Source: Felis catus (taxonomy: Eukaryota). Taken from it: a stretch of DNA of 64,000 bases. Below the pieces are notes generated by a model that searched no databases, was not told the DNA's origin, and saw only the letters and a list, made by a program, of their open reading frames with translations. A program made the position numbers and the translations under genes. Location: positions 151,716,001 to 151,780,000 of the forward strand of contig NC_058368.1 in NCBI RefSeq assembly GCF_018350175.1, in the 5' to 3' direction. Of the stretch, positions 1 to 13,929 are shown in pieces; position 1 is the stretch's first letter, and each line of letters starts with the position of its first letter.

Positions 1-489
1 TTTGAACCCAGGTCTGTATTTTGGCTGCCTTGGCAACAGCACAGCAATAACAACTGGAGCCATAATGGCAACGTTGACCCAGAGATTTCTGGATAAAACA
101 GGAGCCCTGACTTTCAATTCAGAAACAAAAAAAGCATATAAAAGAAATGAAGAAGATGGTATCCATAGCACAGATTTAACGAGTATACTGAGACTTATAC
201 ACTGTGACACTAGGATCTTTATTGTGATAATTAAGTTTTTACAAGTCCAAAAATTTTCTGGTGGCTGTTCTTTTGTGGAAAAAACATTTCAGGGAAAAGG
301 ATCCTTGCAAGTGGGAGACTATTTTTTTGTATGTCTGACACACAATTATAAAGGATAAACTATTCAATAGTTTTGACCACGTTAATCAACGTGGGTTTCC
401 ACATAATCATGATGAGAGGGTTATTAACAACAAAGAAAACAGAAAATATTGATTGCTCAACCTTCCCAATGGTTAGTCTAAATGTGATT

Positions 490-849
490 GGCCACTAGTA
501 TCTCTTCTTTTGGTCACATGGTAAAATTGCATTTCCCTGTCCTCATGGCATGAAACACATTTATGTCCTTATGACTTTCTTTGGTTAATGAAATGTGAGA
601 AGAAGTGACAGGTGTCATTTCAAGATGGAGCCTTTCAAAGAAGAGTGCAATTTGCTGTTCCATTCTACTGCCAGGGCAACCAGTAACTTTTCAGATGATA
701 GAAACATCATCTGCCTGGTGTGAGAAGATGTAGAACAGAGTTCCCAGGTGTCCTGGGATGAGCAAGAAGCACATGTCTGTTGTGCTAATCTACTGCAATT
801 TTGGAGATGCTATCCCAGGCTAAGGTAGACTATCCTGATTATGCTCACA
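490..849 (+). mobile_element. Old MaLR LTR (MLT1I/J-like)
   Basis: Contains ggttaatgaaatgtgagaagaagtgacaggtgtcattt and a 3' end ...ctactgcaattttggagatg...ctatcctgatt, resembling recalled MLT1 consensus; boundaries approximate. Confidence 0.65.
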
Positions 850-2569
850 GTGTAATTTGTACAAATTTAAATAATACCATCCTTTGTTGAAATATATTGG
901 ACATACACTACCGTGTAAATTTAAGTTTCAATTATAAATACATAAATACACATGTTAAAAAAATAAAAAAGAACATCATTCTTTATCTCTTCACAGAATG
1001 AGAGGCTATAATGAAGATAATGCTTCAACTCTCTTCACTAGAATAAGATAGACTGTTCCTGTTCTGGCTAGAGATAAAGTGCAGAATCGCGAATTTAGAG
1101 TCAAGCTATGTTCTTCAGAGAGAAACATAAATGCTCACTAGGACCAATCCAGATGAACGGTTTCATTGCCTGAACTAGCCAGAAATGATTTAACTTGTTT
1201 TCTTGTAAATCAAACCAAAATTTTATGAAATAATATTCATAAGAATGAATGCCAGACCTCATTCATTTTCCTTTTTATTAGCCTTTTCCTTTTGTAGTAC
1301 ACGTCACACCCTACTTTTCCCCCTATAGTCTGTTTCTCTCTCCTTTACTTATATGATATTCTCTTGTCTGACAATAAGAGAAAGTGATTATTGCTACTTC
1401 ACACAGCAGATTCTGGCAAAGTATTTGTGCTTTTGTTTCCATAGTAATTTAAACTGTTTCGGCTGTTAGTGGAAACCAAGGTTAGACGTTGGCATTATGG
1501 AATCTTTGCTAAGTAATATCAGTTCCATTAGGTATTTCTAGACTCCAAAAAATATTTGGGCCCTTTGTAATATAGGTAAAGTAGAACACATGTAGTTCTT
1601 AAGCAGTCCTACTCTATTTCTGTTTATTTGTGAGATTACTCCAAGACAAGAGCTTGGGTGGTATTTCTGTGCTATTAGTTAAATGCATAGAATCAACGTG
1701 TGTGTGTCTGTGTATACATGCTCATATAAAGTAAAAAAAAAGACATTGTAATCAGTTAAAGATAGACATTAATTTTTAAATTATGACGAGTGACACCATT
1801 ATATTTCATTTATACTCTTTCTCCAGACTTAATACAAAAAAACTCCGCATTTATGGACTTACTTGGTAGAAGGCCATGAGGACTTCCACAAAAATCTAAG
1901 CAAAGACAAATTATATTATTTATATTACTGATCAGAAATAAAATCTTTTTCTTAGGCTACAATTTTTTTTAAGTTTTGAAGCATTATAATTAAGTTAATG
2001 AAATATTATAGTACAGTAATTTTTTTTCAAAAAGCTTTTCCCTTTGCAGAATATCATTTTTTTCTGTAAAGTAGTGGTTTTGCACAAGTTTTACTAGTTG
2101 TCAGTTCCATCTATGCTATATGTACCACAAGACAGTCTATGAGTTTATAACATTTATTTGACTCTGACAATAACACAACTCTAAGTATTATTTGAATGAA
2201 TCATGTTCCATGATCAGGTTGTTCTGTGAATCATGGATTGGGATTGTATATACATGAATTAAGGGGATCTGTTAACAAAATAATAATTTTGATACCTTTT
2301 TAGTATACTCATAGCTCATGATAATTAAGGCTTTCAGTAGGGGATTTTTAAAAGAAAACTCCCCAGCAGAGCTACCCACATACATCTTTTAAATATGAAA
2401 ATCCACTTTGCATTGATCACAGTCTTTATTAAGAAGACTGTTGACTTCAGTATGAAAAATATCCAAAAGAATTTCTCACTGTCCCAGGAAATTTCTGAGC
2501 AATCATTTTTCTGGTGATCAAAGTGATTATGGGATGAGGTAGGCAAGGATGCGGGACTTCAAATTTTGC

Positions 2570-2800
2570 GAACACCCACTATGGGTCTAAACCTCTTTTG
2601 GGTGCTTTACATATATTATCATGTTTAATGTTCATGATCAGTCCACGATGAAGCAATTATGATCTCCTTGTTACAGAGGAGGAGGCTGAGGCTCAGGGAG
2701 GTAGGTAATTTGAAAGGGCCATATACCTGGTAAGAAATGGAGTAAGAATTTATAAATTAAGTCTTTTGATTTTAGCATCTGTATTATTCCATTATGTTAT
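2570..2800 (-). mobile_element. MIR SINE
   Basis: Reverse MIR core ttacagaggaggaggctgaggctcagggaggtaggtaatttg. Confidence 0.75.
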
Positions 2801-3085
2801 GTTGCTTCCCAGAGTGCAATGTGCTGCTTCTCTAACTTAGGGATTATTTTCAAATGCATTGACTGTAAGTACTTGGCTCCTATGAAATTAATTTAAAATA
2901 TAAAGAAGATGTATTGTTCATAATTCTTCATCAAGATTTTGACACAGCGAACTGAAAAGAATTACCAAAGAAAACATAGAGCAAAAAAAAATGTATAAGA
3001 AATGCCTTACACTTGTAGCTTAAGTCATATTTAGGAAGGGTTGGATTGATACTGTTTCTACTCCCTGGTCTCTCCCTCTAATCTC

Positions 3086-3180
3086 TTTTCTTCCTTTCTT
3101 TTTTTCTTTTTCTTTTTTTCTTTTCTTTTCTTTTCTTTTCTTTTCTTTTCTTTTCTTTTCTTTTCTTATTTATTTATTTA
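3086..3180. repeat. (TTTTC)n followed by (ATTT)n microsatellite
   Basis: Directly visible. Confidence 0.95.
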
Positions 3181-5354
3181 GGTTTAGTATATTAGAGATG
3201 AAGCAGTTCCTTGATCTCTACCCATTTATCCTGGATTTGGAAAACTCTGAGTTAGAGCTGTAATTTACTCTCTCACTGCAGGTCGAAATGAAAATGTAAA
3301 TATGGCATTTTATCTACTATCCATACAGAGCTCTGCTGCTTTGATCCTGCTTCCTTCCCAAATCAGATCCTGGACATGTCCCTAATGCTAGCTTTCTGTT
3401 ATTAAATGGTGCTGTGCTTTTTATTTTCAAACATGTAAAGTATTTTGATAGTTTTTCACTCAGGTTTATAATTATTTCATTTTGGCATTCATATTTTCTA
3501 AATTTTAAAATAAGACCTTTCTATAATACTTAGTTCTTCATGAAGATTTGTGGCAAAATTCTAATTATCAGATTGAACAACAAAAGAAACCACTGAACAC
3601 CCACTAGATTTTTTTTTTTGGAGGGGGAAAACATTCTATAAAAAAACACTGAACACTGTAAGACACACACTGATGAACACCTACTGCTTCATGAAATTCA
3701 TCCTCACCTAAATTCAGGTCCTTCTTCCCCCACCTCATTGCCTCTATTCTCTCTACATACAAACAAAAGCCCTCATAAGACCAATTTTAATGGCATATAC
3801 ACCATAACATACATTTTGAAAAGACGGTATGTAAAACTAAAACTTGGTTTGTGTTTCAAATAGATGAGATGATAGTTTCTCTGATATCTGAGTTCCAGTT
3901 TTGTGGCACCACACTAGACAACTTGCTGTTTGTGCCATCCTAATTTAAGGACTATTTTAAAAATATTCCCTTCTCTCTGGAAATTGTAAAAATATGATTT
4001 GCTGAAATTTTTATTGTTGAGTTTTCAAAGAAATGTATTGGTTTTTTCTGCAAATTAACTAGTAATAACTGGAATTGAGCCAGAAATACTCCAAGGAAAG
4101 ACTTATGATGGTCTATCAGTGACAGCAGTGTTGAGCAAAGGTTTTTTTTTTTTAACATAAAATACATGACAGGTAGTGTTCAGCCATTTTGTAATGTAAG
4201 TTCAAGAAGATATCACTTTGGGCTATACTTAGCATAGGTATAAGCATATATACTATAGGTGTACGAATGAGGAAACACTTGCTTATACATTAGTAAGTTT
4301 CAGGGGGAAAAAAAGCCTAACAATTTTTACATAAGCAAGGTTTAGTCCATAAAGAGGATAGAAAATATCTTATTTTCTATTCAGTTAACAGGTTTTAGCA
4401 GTTTTCTGAATACTTATGAGTAGCTCAGAAATTCATATAAGTTCATGTAATTCACACAGCATCTGTTGTGAAAAAATAAAGTGATAATTTACATCCAATT
4501 AAAATATTTTTCATTAGATAAAATGCTTTAATAAACTAACAAACATATAAGAAAATAGTATTCATTGGAAATAAAACAAGTTAATTTTCTACAGAGCATG
4601 AAAAAAAATTCAAGATTGGTCACCTAAAAAAAGAAATAAGAGTCCGCGTCTTTTATGTAAAAATTTAATCCACTGAATACTTTTTAAAAAACTGTATGTC
4701 CTTAATGCCTTACAATTCATGTAAGTTATTTGAAAGCATATCTGCTTACTGAGTGCATTCTTATTAAACTACTAAAAAATATATATCGACCAACCTCTTC
4801 GTATCATTTCAGGAGTGCTTCCTAAACATAATCACCTTTCATCTTTTAAATGTTTGCCAATTATATTACACGAGGATATATGCAGCCATGGCTTAAAAGG
4901 AAGTTAAAGATTGTTTTTTTTTATTAATTTGTTTTTCTGATATAAGGATTCTTTACCTTTAAAAATAAGCTTATATCCAATTTGGCAGGCAATTATGCAA
5001 ATGTATTCTGCTAGGGCAGATTCCAATGGTAAAACATAAAATAAACTTAAGAAAAATGGGGGAGTCAAGTAAAGAGAAAGTTGGTGGGTCTTGCTATTTT
5101 TTTTTTACTTTAAATATTTTTAGGCCTCTTTACCACTGCTGTTGGGTCATTTCTCTTAGCTATACTAAAGAGCCTTTGTCAGTCTGGAGGAGGCAGCCAT
5201 GTGTCCATGAATGCTTATTTAGTACGGTGAGGACAGATGGCCTGGAATTGCTGAAGAAGACCTTAAGATATATTTAAAAGAGGAAAGGGAAAGAAACAAT
5301 AAGGGAGGAAATAAATTAGAGAAGAGGCAAATGTGTAGCCAGGAAAACTACCCG

Positions 5355-5357
<3 letters not shown>

Positions 5358-5404
<47 letters not shown>
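5358..5404. repeat. (CA)n microsatellite
   Basis: Directly visible. Confidence 0.97.
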
Positions 5405-5406
<2 letters not shown>

Positions 5407-8400
5407 CACACGCACACAAATGAAGGCAAACTATAAAGTGGTAAGTAGGACCTGATTTTTTATAGATTTGCTTTTTTTGTAGAAACTTTAATTTTCATTA
5501 TTGTTGATTTGTTGTCTTTTTAGGAGCAACCTGACAATCATAACCACTGCTGGTTTGGGCTTCATCTGTTTTAGTTGATATATACTGCACTTTTGCTTCT
5601 TATAGCATCCAAACTTGAAATATAAATTTTGATTCAGAAAAGCTCAAGGGATTTACTTAAATCAAACTGAATTAAATTGAAATCCCTGACACCCTAAGAG
5701 TCAATGCTTTAATACAATTTGAGTCTGTCATAATTAATTTATCTTGCTTCACATTTAATTTTTTTTTCCTGTTATTTTAAGAAAACATACACACTATTGC
5801 CGAATCCAAACCTCATGAAGGGCTGGTTCATGCGTCCCGGGAACGGGAGAGGAAGCGAGCATGGAGAATCGATGGGCATGGAGGCATCAGTGGATAACGT
5901 TGTTGTTTTTTTCCACATAAACTATGTAAAATGTTGTGAGATGATCAAAAAGTGACATTAGTGGATTTTTATTATGTATTTTTTCTTTCCAAACTATCAA
6001 ATTAACATTTTCCCATTTTCTTCAGATTTATTCTAGTTCAACCATGCTCTGACTATGCCAGGTAACAGAGGGCTGCTGCTTCAATTGCCAGGTTTGCTAA
6101 TGCTCATAAAACAAATATTAGATTCCAAATTTCTTATTGCCTTCTGAGTTGTCATGGTTATCAAATGACACCTTCTCTAAATTCTCTCTCACTTTAACTC
6201 TTTTCCATGCTTTGTATAAACAGGCTGCTTGAAAATCAAGAAGAAAAAAAAAGAAACATCAAGTTTGGGTGCTATAAGAAGCATGAAACACAGAAGGAAA
6301 GAAATATTTTGTTAACCACAAATTGAAAGTGGAAAGATTTTATCCAGAAGCATTAAATGTCATTAAACATAAGAAGTCTAAAAAATACCTGCTTTATATA
6401 ATGGTTCTCTGAACAGGCTCTTGGTAACTTGCAGCCTGCTAAGTGAGTGACTTTCGCATTGTGGTTAGAGCTTTTCTGCAACAACTCCCACCCCCCCCTC
6501 CCTCCCCCAACAACCACCAGTGAAACAGGCAGCGAAGACGCTGGATCATTCTAAAGTAAATATAAGGGATATTTTTTTGGATACAGGCACCTTTAAAAAT
6601 AGAAAGGCAAGAAGATTCATAAACAGAGGCTTTGAAAATGTACAATACTTTTGTCTTACAAAAACATCTGTTGCTCAGATGAGTATTTGGGACACTGAGT
6701 GCTTCAGATTACCCCTCAGAAGGTGTGTTGGGTGGTGACTCTCTGTGGACTTGGCCCCAGGGGAGGTCAACCAGACTCTCGGCCTGTTGGCTCAGCAATT
6801 TCCCAGTGGTCAGCCAGTCTTGCCATAATCATATGCTGGCGCCCCAAGCCTGTTTCTTAACTGTACTCTGTACCTTCTAATGAAAGCATCCCAAAATATC
6901 CCCAACCGCCCAAATTCTGGGGCAGCCATGACCTCAGACTGGACTGCTGGACACAGTACGTTTGCTCAGACAGAATGGCTGATAAAAATCTCCCTGCCTT
7001 GGTGACTGAAATACTCATTCTCCTTGCTAGTTCTTGTCACGTCACAGCTTATGAATATTTGCATGAATTCCAGGATCTTTGACTTATACCTGATCAGGAA
7101 GCCCTAACCCAATGCATGACACTACAATCTCATGTAACTTGGAGCTTTTACAATTAAAAAAAGAAAAAAAAATAGGGGGGCAAAGTAATTATAAAATAAC
7201 TTTTTGCGCTTAAAGCAATATGTAAAGGGCAACAAAAAGTAACATGTGCAAATCAAAAGAGATAATTAACTTGAATGTTATCTGCAAATTGTAGTTTATC
7301 TCCTATACAAAATGGGAAATGATTTCACAGTGGATCTACACTCAAGCGGCTGTGGATGAGGGTGTACTATCTCGGACTACATTACCATCTTTTAGGGAAG
7401 ATTTCAGCTTGAAGGATAATAAAACAAATGAGGATATGCCACTTCTCATGACAAGTTCAAATGGAACAGCAAGCAAGTAACAGCAGGTCTAAATTCAACA
7501 GGTGTTCTTTGGGCACCTCATCTTGTCCAGCCTTTGTGTGACCAAGTAACTAAGCGTCTTGTTCAGTGTGGCTTGAACAGAAAAAAAAATTTAGTTTAAC
7601 GACCTGTTAAGAAAATAAGCAAAAGATAAAACTTAGGGAAAAAAAAACGATCTCTATTGTTATTTTGCCATATTTTATATGCATTCTGAAAGCTTTGAAG
7701 CCTCTTCAAAATAATGCTCATAGATATCCAGCATAATTCACACAACCTGATTCTTAAAAGTGCCTTCTTTACTTTGATAGTATCAGTTAGAGCACACATT
7801 TGAACTAGCCTCCCAGTATTAATGCTTTTATTTTCTTATTTCAAGAAAAAAAATTTACTTGTAAAAAAGGAGTAACACAAAACATATCAGCATGGTTTTG
7901 TTAAAAATACAAAGCATTATCGTTTATATGATAGTGACTTTCTCCCTACAAGTATGCTTTGTAAACGTGATTGAATGAGATGGAAAAAAATCTTTTATTA
8001 TCTCAGCTCTCAAAAGCTTTACTGTTTAAGCTACACTTGCTCCTAGGTATAGAAGAATTAAAACCCATCAGGATGTTGTAGAGCAAGCAACTAACAGGCA
8101 CTAATAAGGATCCTTGCGTGCATTTAAGTACAGGTTGGCAAAAATAATTCCTGTATTATTTATTTAAAAATATAATTCTGAAGGCCCAAAGTCTGATGTA
8201 GTATTTCTATTACTAACCCATTTCCTTATAAAATTCACATTATTTCCTACCTATGCACTGTACTTTGCTGTGAATCAATAACATTTCCTAAATGTATGCT
8301 GACATATTTATACACAGTATTCAAATATATGTGTATAAATGCCGATACTTTTCTCATTGTAGATGTCTTTATACATATGACAATAATTATAGTGCACTTC

Positions 8401-11400
8401 TCACAACTAGGAAAAAAGAACAAATTCACTGTAACCTAGGAACTCCGTGGGGTTTTGGCTACTTTTATTTTTCTTTCTCCACTGGGGTGGGACAAATCTG
8501 GTGGAGTCACAAGCAGTGTTGAAAACAAGTGAAAGTCAATTTTACCTTGCTAATTTTTCATATGCTTTTTTTCTTTAACTGCAGAGCTTTCTTTTTTCTC
8601 TTTTTCTTTTCAGAATCACTTAAAAAAATTTTTTTGCAATCTATTTTTTCCCCTAGAAAGTAACCCCTTGTGTCCTACCTTAAGCTCCTCACTGAATGAT
8701 CTCTTTTTCTTCTAATTATATTTCTTCACCTTGGGAGGGACTCACACTGCTTCAGGATAAGCAACCCAGAAGAGCCTAAGGTCAGGTGTGCCCTAGAATC
8801 TAACTCTAGAAATTACAATCACGAATATGAGCAGGAGAGGGGAAAAAAGAGGCAGAATAGGGAATTTGTAATGATATTGAGGCTCATTCTGAGGAATAAT
8901 TAACCGAACAGCATCCTATGTTACATCACTTGCTTGAAATCTCAGAGGACAGACTAAAGAATTTAGGAAACTGATCTGAATTGGCTTCCTAAAGCCATGA
9001 GGTTAACAAATTAGTTGTACTAATGATTAAGCCTCCGAGTTTTATTTCCCAAGTATTTAATGCTCCAGGGTCCAAAAAAATAGAATTTTATTCACAAACC
9101 AGCAGAACACACAGAGTAACAATGGCATCTCACACATTAAGGGTACTGAAATTTAAAACATCTAAAGAAGAAGAAACAGACTTAATCTGATAGGAGGATT
9201 TCGTTCCTCTTAAAAATGGGGTTCAATGAGGGAATTAATGGGGGGCAGCCAGAGAGAAGATTTCTAAGATAATCCTTGAGGTAAAAGGGAAAAGTATGGG
9301 GACATTTGTGAAATGCAAACTCTTCAGGTAGAGGAATTGTAGGTAGAAAAGGGAGAAACATTAGCAGAGCTTTTAAACCAAATCTTCAGCTGGGCTTTTG
9401 TTTAACACATATGCAAATGTGTGCACTGCTTCATTTGAATATTTATTTACTGCATTTGTGAAGGAAATTGGGGGATTATAGCCTCTTCCCAGCTGTGTTT
9501 TAGTTAATGACTGGTCAGCCTATTAGCCTGCTCCACTAAACGGATTCTCTGCACAAGCAACACCTTTTTTTACCCTGACTAGAAATTCTTCACATAAACA
9601 ACAGTGGGGAAAACAGCAAACCAAATCCAGGGAGTTTTACACCAGAAAAGAAAATATTCCCCCAGAATCATTAGAAATGATAAATTTATTTGACAATGGT
9701 GACTTTTGCATTTTTATAATAAACAAAGCAAACATGTGTTCTAAGATGTTGTAGATGGGAAAGGGGAGTTAGCTAATCAGAATTTCTCTTTCCTTGAGGA
9801 TGAATTCAGGTTACTGTTCTAAATGGTTTTTCTTTGCCTTCCCTAGTACTTGTGCACTTATTGTCCCCTATGAACACAAGCACACACATCATTGAAAATG
9901 TCATGAATTACTTGGGCAATTATTAATATTTGACAAATTCATTGGAATGTGAATTTCACAATTTCCCCCATCTCCTTACTGCCAAAAAAACACAGAAGGA
10001 GAAAGAGTAAATAACATTTCTCTAGCAACTAAACTCAGTGTACTGTCACTGCTTAAACCAACTTATTTAGAGGCATCAGAACTAGTTATGATTAAAGACC
10101 TATCAAGACCACATCATTTGTAAGGATTAATGGTGAGCAAATCTTTAGGTTAAAAAGCTCTATTGTAACCTACGTCTAGTGTTCTATCATGTATTGATGG
10201 TTATGAAGAAAAGTAGCATCTATTTTCTAATAAGTTTAAATGTGTCAATCAATAGAAGAAAATTTATCTTATTCTCCAAATGTCTGTCTTCTTTATATCT
10301 TTTCAAATTTTATTCACCCTAGATCCACCCATCCATGTGAGAACATACACTAATTCTAATACAGTCAAAATTAATCCATGGAAATGCAAGAGCCAAATTC
10401 TTACCATCAAAATTCTACATTTTTCTGTCTGGATCTAAGAAAAGCCTGAACTTTGATTTTATTAGTGAGATGATCTTTATACATCAAATTTATAAAATAC
10501 TTATTTATCTAAAGTATTAACACTTAAGAGGATTTGTGTAAACAACTTGTTTCTGCTTGTTTGTATATGTATAGAGTATTCCTGCAAAAAAAGAGACAAC
10601 CATGGGCGACCTAAGAGCCATGTGGGCATGAAGAACTATCCCTGGAGCAGAATTATCACTTCTCATAGTTGGTAAAGTGAGTATCATACGTCAGATTGGC
10701 AATTCAAATATTTACAGAACAAAAGCAAATAATAAAGGAAGATGTGCTGTCAGATCTCCAGATATACAGAGAAGTAACAATTAGGTTGATGAAAGAATAG
10801 TACACGAATAAATATTCTACCTAAGAAAACTGATTTAGATACTTCATTGCTAAGATCATAGTAGTGCTGCCCATTTTACGTAAAACCATTTAAAAGAGCA
10901 TAAAGAAGTTTCAGGCACACATGTCATGCCATCCTTCTACATCAGAAGTGAAGGGTGTGCACTTCTCGATGGCATCATTTTTCTGCCTTCATACATGAGT
11001 TTCTAAACCATCTCATAAGCTTGTCAGGCATATTTCTTGTTCATTCCTTCTGTGGGGCAGAGGCAGACAGATTGCTGGATCAGATAGTGCAATACGCTGT
11101 ATACTGCATTTGAAATGTGCCTTTTTTTAAAGCAGCAGATTTATTGATTTTCTTAAGTAGAAAATATGCACCCGGACATTAGACAAACACAGACTAAACA
11201 CAGACTGAGGAAAAGCTGATAATTTGATTAAACTGACTGAGCTTTTGTTGTCTGTGTTTGGGGAATTTCCAATAATGTGCAAGTGCCAAGCGCCCCTCTT
11301 CTTCTGAATTTAACAAATGTAATCCCTAAGCACAATAAATGTTACAATTACACTGTATTTGGAGAATCGTTTTTCTTTAAAAAAATATTTTCATGAGCCC

Positions 11401-11740
11401 ATATATTGCTTAGGTTGAAAGGAAAGTAGGGTGAAAAGCTTGCTTTGCTGAAAACAGAGGACTTTACTCAGAAAGGGGTATTCGCTAAGCAAAAAGCATT
11501 CATTCTAAGGAAATATTTTCTTTCTATCTACCTACCCACCTATCAAGATTACTGAGGTATAATTGATTAGATGTAATATGCTCAATTTGGGGGTCAAATT
11601 GAGTTCAATATTTAAGGTTTATAATGCTTCACAGTGTCATTTCACATGTCTTAGAGAACAGGTTGGTTGTCTCAAATTGTCGAAAAGTTCTGGTTATTTA
11701 ATTTAACCTTGTGAATGCCTGCAATGAACTTCCTGGCAGG

Positions 11741-11743
<3 letters not shown>

Positions 11744-11791
<48 letters not shown>
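11744..11791. repeat. (TG)n microsatellite
   Basis: Directly visible. Confidence 0.97.
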
Positions 11792-12323
11792 TTGTCTAAC
11801 TGGGATGAGAGAATAATAGCTCAAATTATGTGAGGATTACTGACTTTCATGAATTAGTTGAACCAGACCTTGTGAACTTGAACACTATACACCTCTGAAC
11901 TGTCCTTATACCATTTTGGTCATGTAGACGATGATACTGAGAAAATCGAATTCCCTAATCTTCTGCAAGGACCATGCTATAAAATAACCATTTCTGGCTG
12001 CTTAACCATGAAGACTTTCACCTTTATTATTTTGTGTGCCTATACATACTAGGTTTTTAAGCATTCATGTTGCTCCTCACCTTCTATTAACCATTCCTTT
12101 CAATGATATTTTGTTCCTTCTTTTCCACTAGCTGAATTCTCAGAATTTTGTGTGTTGTTATAATGACATTTCCCCTCCTGCTAGTTTTTGCCCACTCCAG
12201 TTCACCTTGGATATTTTTTCTACAACTCTGAACTCCAACTAATTTAGCTAATATGTTTGAGTACAACTCTTCGCAAGTCTGTTGTGCTTCTATTTCAACT
12301 CTGGGTTCTTTTCTTTGGCCTGG

Positions 12324-12325
<2 letters not shown>

Positions 12326-12370
<45 letters not shown>

Positions 12371-12578
12371 TTATATATGTGTATATATATATACACATAT
12401 ATACGTATACATATATACGTATATATACATATATACGTATATATATATATAGACACACACATACATATATATGTACACACATATACATACATATATACAT
12501 ATATATACATGTGTGTATATATATACACACACACATATATATATGTATACACACACACATATATGTATGTGTGTGTGT
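12326..12578. repeat. Compound (TA)n/(CA)n/(TATG)n simple repeat
   Basis: About 250 bp of mostly alternating purine-pyrimidine sequence; source of the Y/I/C/V-rich spurious ORFs. Confidence 0.95.
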
Positions 12579-13058
12579 CTTCCTAAGCATAGGCTTAGAT
12601 CCCAAATAGGTAATCATTATGGGTAAGCAGGTATAATCATAACCTAGAAGGTCACCATTTAGCAACTGCTCATCACTGATGGGACAAACTATTAGCAAGA
12701 TCACCTCAGTTTTGTTTTTAGTTGTTTATTAAAATGAATTTCAATTACAGACTCTACTGTTCTTTTTAAATTTCCTTTAAGTCAAGGAAATTTATGTACA
12801 AATTAAAGTAACACTGAAATTTAAAATCACTTTACCTTCCTTGTATTAATTTAGGAATTTATTTAATGATTCATCTCAGCTGGACAGAGGAGGTTTAAAC
12901 AGAGGCATATAGGAGATAGGTTTAAAGATAATTTAAATCTATCTTTTTTCTGAGTTGCCTCTCTGCCTTTTTCAAGCATATGACAAAGATAATTTCCACT
13001 AACTTTTTTTTATCCTGCATGAACTCATAAGGGAAAATAGCATCTTAAAAAAATTGCA

Positions 13059-13225
13059 GGGGTGCCTGGGTGGTTCATTTGGTTAAGCATCTGACTCTAA
13101 CTCAGGTCATGATTTCACAGTTCAGAGGTTCGAGCCCCGAGTCAGGTTTTATACTGACAGCTCTGAGCCTGCTTCAGATTCTGTCTCTCTCTCATTCTCA
13201 AAAATAAACCAATAAACATTTTTTT
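13059..13225 (+). mobile_element. CAN-SINE (tRNA-derived), older and internally shortened
   Basis: ggggtgcctgggtggttca head, B-box ggttcgagccc, (CT)n, aataaa tail; no clear TSD. Confidence 0.9.
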
Positions 13226-13344
13226 TAAACTAGAGTTTTTGGAGAACATTTTATAGTTGTGTGAAGCTTATCCCATTAACTTCCAAAGGCAATTGAAACA
13301 TATTCCATCTCATTCCATCATTTATAATTTTAGCATTTAGAGAC

Positions 13345-13345
<1 letters not shown>

Positions 13346-13387
<42 letters not shown>

Positions 13388-13400
13388 ACACACACACACA
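13346..13400. repeat. (GT)n abutting (AC)n microsatellite
   Basis: Directly visible. Confidence 0.95.
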
Positions 13401-13418
13401 TAAATTTAATTATGTAAA

Positions 13419-13464
13419 AATATATAAATTATATAATAAATAATATATAAATTATATAATAAAT
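13419..13464. repeat. 23-bp tandem duplication aatatataaattatataataaat x2
   Basis: Two exact copies, 13419-13441 and 13442-13464. Confidence 0.85.
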
Positions 13465-13576
13465 AATTTGGGGATGCTAAGAACTAAATCATATGTAACA
13501 AAATAATTATGGCCCATTTTAATCTGACATACATTTTTCTGCTCTTTTAATCTGCTCTTTTAAAAAGGACCGGTGA

Positions 13577-13798
13577 GGGGCGCCTGGGTGGCGCAGTCGG
13601 TTAAGCGTCTGACTTCAGCCAGGTCACCATCTCGCGGTCCGTGAGTTGGAGCCCCGCGTAGGGCTCTGGGCTGATGGCTCAGAGCCTGGAGCCTGTTTCC
13701 GATTCTGTGTCTCCCTCTCTCTGCCCCTCCCCCATTCATGCTCTGTCTCTCTCTGTCCCAAAAATAAATAAACATTGAAAAAAAAATTAAAAACAAAA
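13577..13798 (+). mobile_element. Young felid CAN-SINE (SINEC_Fc-like)
   Basis: Full head, CpG-rich body, (CT)n and A-tail; TSD aaaaaggacc(g/c)gtga at 13562-13576 and 13799-13813, at a ttt/aaaaa site. Confidence 0.97.
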
Positions 13799-13929
13799 AA
13801 AAAGGACCCGTGAAGGGAAAAAAGTATTTTCACTATTAAATACAACAATCAGCTGCTCAATACTAAGGTGATAATTTTCTTTAGAGAAGTCAGCCTATGA
13901 GGTCCAATGACTAGAAGTCAGGAAACCCT

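Noticed and set aside
2..358. 118-aa ORF at the window start
   Set aside because: Starts at TTG within a MIR-like motif (tttgaacccaggtctg); no recognisable domain or splice structure
12087..12704. Overlapping ORFs up to 205 aa rich in Y/I/C/V/H/T
   Set aside because: Translation of the TA/CA simple repeat
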